A DNA stretch of 64,000 bases from Endomicrobiales bacterium. GTDB lineage: Bacteria; Elusimicrobiota; Endomicrobiia; Endomicrobiales; CAWCFT01. Under the pieces are notes generated by a model, which searched no databases, was not told the DNA's origin, and was given only the letters and a program-made list of their open reading frames with translations. Positions 35,001-41,000 of this stretch are shown here, piece after piece. A program made the position numbers and the translations under genes. Location of the stretch: positions 17,704-81,703 of the forward strand of contig CAWCFT010000018.1 in NCBI GenBank assembly GCA_963794945.1, given 5' to 3'. Each line of letters opens with the position of its first letter. The stretch's first letter is position 1.

Positions 35001-38000
35001 TCATTATATCCTGCGCTCGGTTTGATAAGTAATATCCATTCTGGCCAATCCGAGTTTGAAAGAGCGTTGATTCTGGGTATAGAAAAATATGCGCTGGGTT
35101 TATCCGGCGATTACAATAAAAACCGTACTGATCTCGATGCCATTATCAAAAAATTCAACGACATCGCCTGCCTGGATGAGTACGATGATTTTAAAAACCC
35201 GCTTTTTGCCCTACGGGCAATGATAAAAATAGGGGCTGCCCTTAGCGGCGATAACACGTTAGTGAAAAAGATCATCCTGCCTACGTTCATTGCGAAGGCG
35301 CAGGATGATACTGGGTATTATGCGAACCGATTACGCGCATGCGCGACTGAAGGGCTTGCGGAATTGACGCCTCTCATCCCAGACAAAGATTTTAAGGAAA
35401 AGACCGTCATTCCCATCTTGATTCGAAATATGTTAACGCCAAATACAGAAATAGGCAGGGGCGAACCCCTATCAAGAAAGGAAGAACTTTGGGATCTGAA
35501 TAGAGCAGGATTCGAATCCCTGTATCATCTGATAAAACCAACAGGCCGGCCGATAAAAATCACGGCCAATGATATGTACCTTATTAACCACTCTTTCGGA
35601 ATGAAGAATCTTGAGAAATACTATCCTGTGATGATCGATATCGCTGAAAAAGCAGGGCAGCATGCAGGCCTTGTCCTCAGTCGTACAGTTGAATGGAGTG
35701 GAATTCAAAAGGACGACACATACGAAACTGGGAAAGAGAAGCTGACTCTTTTTGCGGAGCAATACATAGAGCTTCTTATCAAGTTCGACAAGATTGAAGA
35801 AAAATATTTAATACTTGATAGAAAATATGTAGAGCAATATATCTACTCGTGGCAATTACTGTCTCTAATAAGCGGTTTGTCGCTGGCCGATACTTTTGAA
35901 GCAATAGTTAACAAGACTGGCGTTGAAGGCCTTGCTATTTTGAAATATGAACAATATTTACAAGCTGTACGTGAAGGTATTACTGTTCCAAATAAACAAT
36001 TCCTGATTGTTTTAGATGAGCTTTGTGTTGAATTTATTGCCATTTCAAAGTCTGAGAATCATGATTTTTTCGAGTCTGACCTTTTTAGATTCTGGCCAAA
36101 GAACGAGATTAATGATGATTTTGTTGCCAACCTGCATTATTACCAGGAGATCATAGGCGCAATTCATAATAAAAACGAGTATGACCTATTTGTAATATGC
36201 GATGGTTTATCGTTACTCATGAAACAATGGGGAAAACAATCGTTCAAAGAGTATCTTCCTGAAATGAAACGTATTCTCGGCAGTGCCGGGAAGAATGATA
36301 TGCATGTATTTAGGCAGTTGATAAGTCTCCATGAACAACTAAAAACAAAACAGGATCTGATTACCTATGGGAACGATCTTGTAGATCTTGGGAATCAGCC
36401 GGCGAGAATGCAAAGTATCTGTTCGAAAGTTTCCCTAAAATGCAGAATATGTTTGACAATGAGTTGATAAAATACTGGCCCAAGTTGAAAAGATTAGCAA
36501 AAGCCGCCGGCGCGAATGCCGGTTTCCTGTTCAATACGAAAATACCGCTTATAGTGAAAGGTGATGAAGCAAAGCTTGATACCTTCATCAAAGACATTGA
36601 AATATGGAATGCGTACAATCCCGGCATCCTGCGGGAATTACTGATATTTCTTAACGCGAATTGGCAGGATCAGATCTTTGCTCTGGCCCATGAGATTATT
36701 AAGGCGCACAAAGCGTACTATGCCAATATATTTCAATCTTTTTGTTCCATGCCAAAAAAATATTCTGCTGATATCCTAAATACCTTTATGTATGATCAGA
36801 ACGATAGACCTGGGCTTGAGGATCCGTGTATTTGAAGACTATAATGAATTGATGACTGAAAATGAATTATTGATAAACAACGTTAGTAAAATTAATGAAG
36901 TGAAAAGAGCCATACTAACAGTGCAGGGTAAAATAACAGAAATGACCACTGCGCAAGGCAACATATCAACACAGCGCAAACTGCAGCGGGAAATACGCGA
37001 AGAGATGAAGCCGATGCGCAAGATATTCCTGACGTACATACTGGGCCGTGACAAATTATCTGATGATGAAGAAGCGCTTCTCGAAGACAGCTTTATATCG
37101 AAACAAATATTTACTCTAATGTCGATAGTAGCCACGATAGAGCAAGGAAACGGGTTCCGGATCGGAGATGAAATAGACTTTGCGCAGCTTACATTTTTCA
37201 AAGAACTGATAAAGCAATATCTAAATGTATTGTTTCTCAGCTACGAAAAAAAAGAGAAAGACGGGATTTGGAAGGCGAAACAGAAACTGAATGAATTCAT
37301 GATGCGCATGGATACGGAGCAGGTAGAGAAAATAGTGCAAGCACTCGATGAACAATATCGCAGGAACCTGAAAAGTTATTTTAAAGGCTATAAGGGCAAT
37401 AAAGAGACAGTAAACGATTTACTTGAAGGCGGATATAAGAAGAAGCTATTCAGCGAAGGCATAGAGCTTTTTATCAAAAACGGCCAGAGCATAACACCTG
37501 AACATAAACGCGATACAATAATCAAACGTTCGTGGGAGTTGGTGGACATAGCGATGTTTCTGGGAATAAAGGATGTTGATGGCAGGACATTGACCGCGGA
37601 CTACGCACAAGAGCTCGATACTTACGAGAAAGCGGTGAAATTCGCGAAATATATTAAAGGGCAGATTAAAGGCATGCCGGAAAACTATGAAACAAGCATT
37701 GTAAATATACTAGACCATATAAAAACGGATGAGGCCAGAGCAGTAGAAAATGTTGACGAACAGGAATTCAAGGTAACGATAAAAAAGGATTTCCTTAATG
37801 AGGCGTGCGCAGGGGTGGGAGTCCCCGGCTGCTTAATCCTACGGGCATTCACCGCGAGATGCCGCTCCTGCACGCATGCGAGGCAAACGTTGCGTTCATC
37901 CAGATATTTAGCAAGAATAATGTTCAAATAGCGAATGCGGTAGTAGTATTCGCTAAGAACGGCGCGTATGTGTACGGCGGGTATAACAATTCCAGCTACA

Positions 38001-41000
38001 ATATGGATGGTGTTTATGGTGAAGCCATAAAGGAACTGACAAAATATGTACCGAGAGTTTATCTGACAAAAAACTCGGCAGGGTACAGCGATCTAGTGAA
38101 CTATGGGAGCAATGTGGAAGGTGAAGTCATAGTCCAAAAACCATCGGTCTATTTTACCGGTCAGTACTATGACGCTGGCACGGTAACGAGCGATGGCGAC
38201 CTTTCGGTAAATCTGGTGAACCCACTGGAAGTGACATATGAAGGTATACGCAAGAATGGTGGTTTTGAAAAGAAAGAGGAAGCAAAGGCACCTGAACGGG
38301 TTGAGATAAAAAGCAACATTGAATGGGAGAAGCTTCAGGAAATGCTTGATGTACAGGGGTTAAAGAAGTTCAGTCGCATCATGAGCAATTTCAAGAAAAA
38401 GGTCGCCGAGCAGGGAGCGTTCGCAGTAGACAATGATTATTATGACTGGGTTGCTAACGACATACGTTCGTGGCATAGAGGCGATGTTAGCGATGCGCAG
38501 ATAGAAGAGATAGCTGACATACTGGTGGATTTTCTTGAAAGCCAGCAATGGCCGGTAGAAGTGTTGACAGGGCCGGACAGAACCGGCATACTTCAAGTGG
38601 GCGGCCTGGGAGTTGTTATTGGTATGGCGCTAGCCAGCTGGGGACTGCCGGTGCTTGGCGGCGTGGTTTTAACGCTGGGCGTTGCAAGCCTCTTTGTCGG
38701 CCCAGACGCAGGTAAATTCAAGAACTTCGGCGGCTACTTCTGGCAGTATATTTCCTCATTCATCCCCCGCTTAGGTAAAGAATTGAGTAGTGCCTTAAGG
38801 CATGAATCGTCAAAGCAAGTCGCTGTTTCGATTGCACGGACAACGGCAAATAACTCCGGTCGTACAAAAAAAATTGTAACTGAATCTAGTGCCGACAGCT
38901 CACAAAGCTCCATTCCGAACCGGACTGACGCCATATCCCCCATTATCCTGACTGAAAATGTTGTTGATTTTAAGTTTGCTAACACAGAAGAGATACTTAG
39001 AGGATTGTTTGTTAAATGGAAAAACAGGGTTAATACACAAACATTATCAAATGAAAACCTGCGGCTGATAGAAGAGTTTCTGCGTGCATATGGCAAGCCG
39101 ATGGATCGCGACCGTTTGGTGAATTATGATATTGTCTCTACAGCTCTCCGCGAACTATTGAAGAATGCCTTTGATGCTTATATATCCGCCGCTGCAGAAG
39201 GTAAAATTAGGTTCCGTATGATGGTAGAAGGTAATTTTCTGGTTTTCGAGGTTTCGGACAATGGCATTGGCATTGAGGAACAATATTATGACAACACCGG
39301 TAGGTTGCATGTAGTGCCAAACGACGTTTTGCCATACGCGTATATTTCTACACGGTATGGCGGTGCAGGGCTTGGGATGTTACACACGCAAATTCTTGCG
39401 CAGGTGCATGGTGGAAGCCTTAAATATTTAACTGGTCAAAATGACGGGTATAAGACAACGGCAAGACTAACGATACCGATGACTACAGTTAGCATAAAAT
39501 TCCGCAATAAAGATGGAAGAGTGATGAGCGCAAAAACGTATTTGCGTATAATCAACAAAGATAAAATAGAAGCTCAAAATAAAGCTGAAGAAGATTTAAT
39601 AATACAGCAGTATGGAATAGACAGAACAACGGCAGAGCAGGCAGTCAGGAATGGCTGGACCGTTGAACGCATGAAGGATATTGAAAACATTAATGACAAT
39701 TTCTGCAATATTTTTGAGAAAAGATTCGGATTTACAGTCCGCCCCAAGATCATTTTCAAACCAAGCCCTAATCTCCCATACAACATAGCGACTATAAGCC
39801 GTTACAATGATCCACAGATCAATTCATGGGTATTCATTGCCGTTACAAGATTTAATTATAAAACAGCTGTAAACACGATAAATAATTGGTATCTGGAAGA
39901 ATTTGCCCATGCTCTTCAAAATAATCTGTTCGGCGAAAGATTTGCGTCTTTTCCAGAGATGAAGCCAACGGACTATGCCGCTTTTTGTGCTGAACTAAAG
40001 AAAGGATTTACGGCAAAAGACAGCCGTTTATCAGTACCACCATTTAATATAACTTCTGTTACCGGCCGCGGATCTCAGTATGGGTCATTTTATATGTTAG
40101 ATGAAGAAATACTCCGCCAATTGTTCGAAGTTCATGCAGCGGCATTGGCGTGGATTTTGTCATTAACATGGCTGCCGCAAGAATCACTGGATTCGGACCG
40201 CAGGTTCGCCTACTGGGATGCCGCTGCGCGAATTGAAGAGGCGGAATTTCCAAGTCATCTATTCTCTGGCATATTACCTTACCTTATTGGCGTGCGAACA
40301 CCCCCAAATTCTAGTATAAGAATACCTTCCCTGGCCTCCCATGCAGCAATGTGGGAAGCGGTCCTGGAACTTAACGGCAAATATGGTTTTATCCCTGCCG
40401 AGAAACTCAAAAAAATTGAAGAATTCGTGAAAATACGACAGAAAGCTATGCAAGTCACTGATTTGGAAGGGAAAAACATATATCTTGCCCTGAAGGAGTC
40501 ATATAAGGCATATTTCTTATCCGTTACTCAGTCTTTTATAAATTCTGATAAGAGTATCCAAGAACTCGTGCAAAATAATAGGATAAATATTAAATCCAAC
40601 TTTTTTGTTCAAATATCTTTGGCAATTACAAGTTATCTCTCTAATCTGAAATATTCATCTAATATAGTAGCTGAATGGGCTGATAAGTTCATGCGGGAAA
40701 GAACGAATGGCCTATACGGGACAGAACTGCCCATGGGCGTATTTATTGCGGAGAATATAGGCCAGCTTTCAGGAGTTCAATTTGAAGTAAAGAAATACTT
40801 GCCTGTAGTCATCACCTCAACAAAAGGAAATGAAAAAGAGATTGAAAATACAACAACAAAGAACCTGGGCGTTACGGCCGGGCACAGCCCGGTATTTTTC
40901 AGCCAGGAAAACAGCGTGGTATATCTTTATATTGACGCCGAAGGCGCTGATTTCGCGGTGGGAGCAAGCCAGATTATGGCCACATTGAGGGGTTATGGCA

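Noticed and set aside
37780..38230. PcfJ/GNAT-like domain around GCFNPTG...EANVAFIQI
   Set aside because: The resemblance is too weak to call without a profile search.
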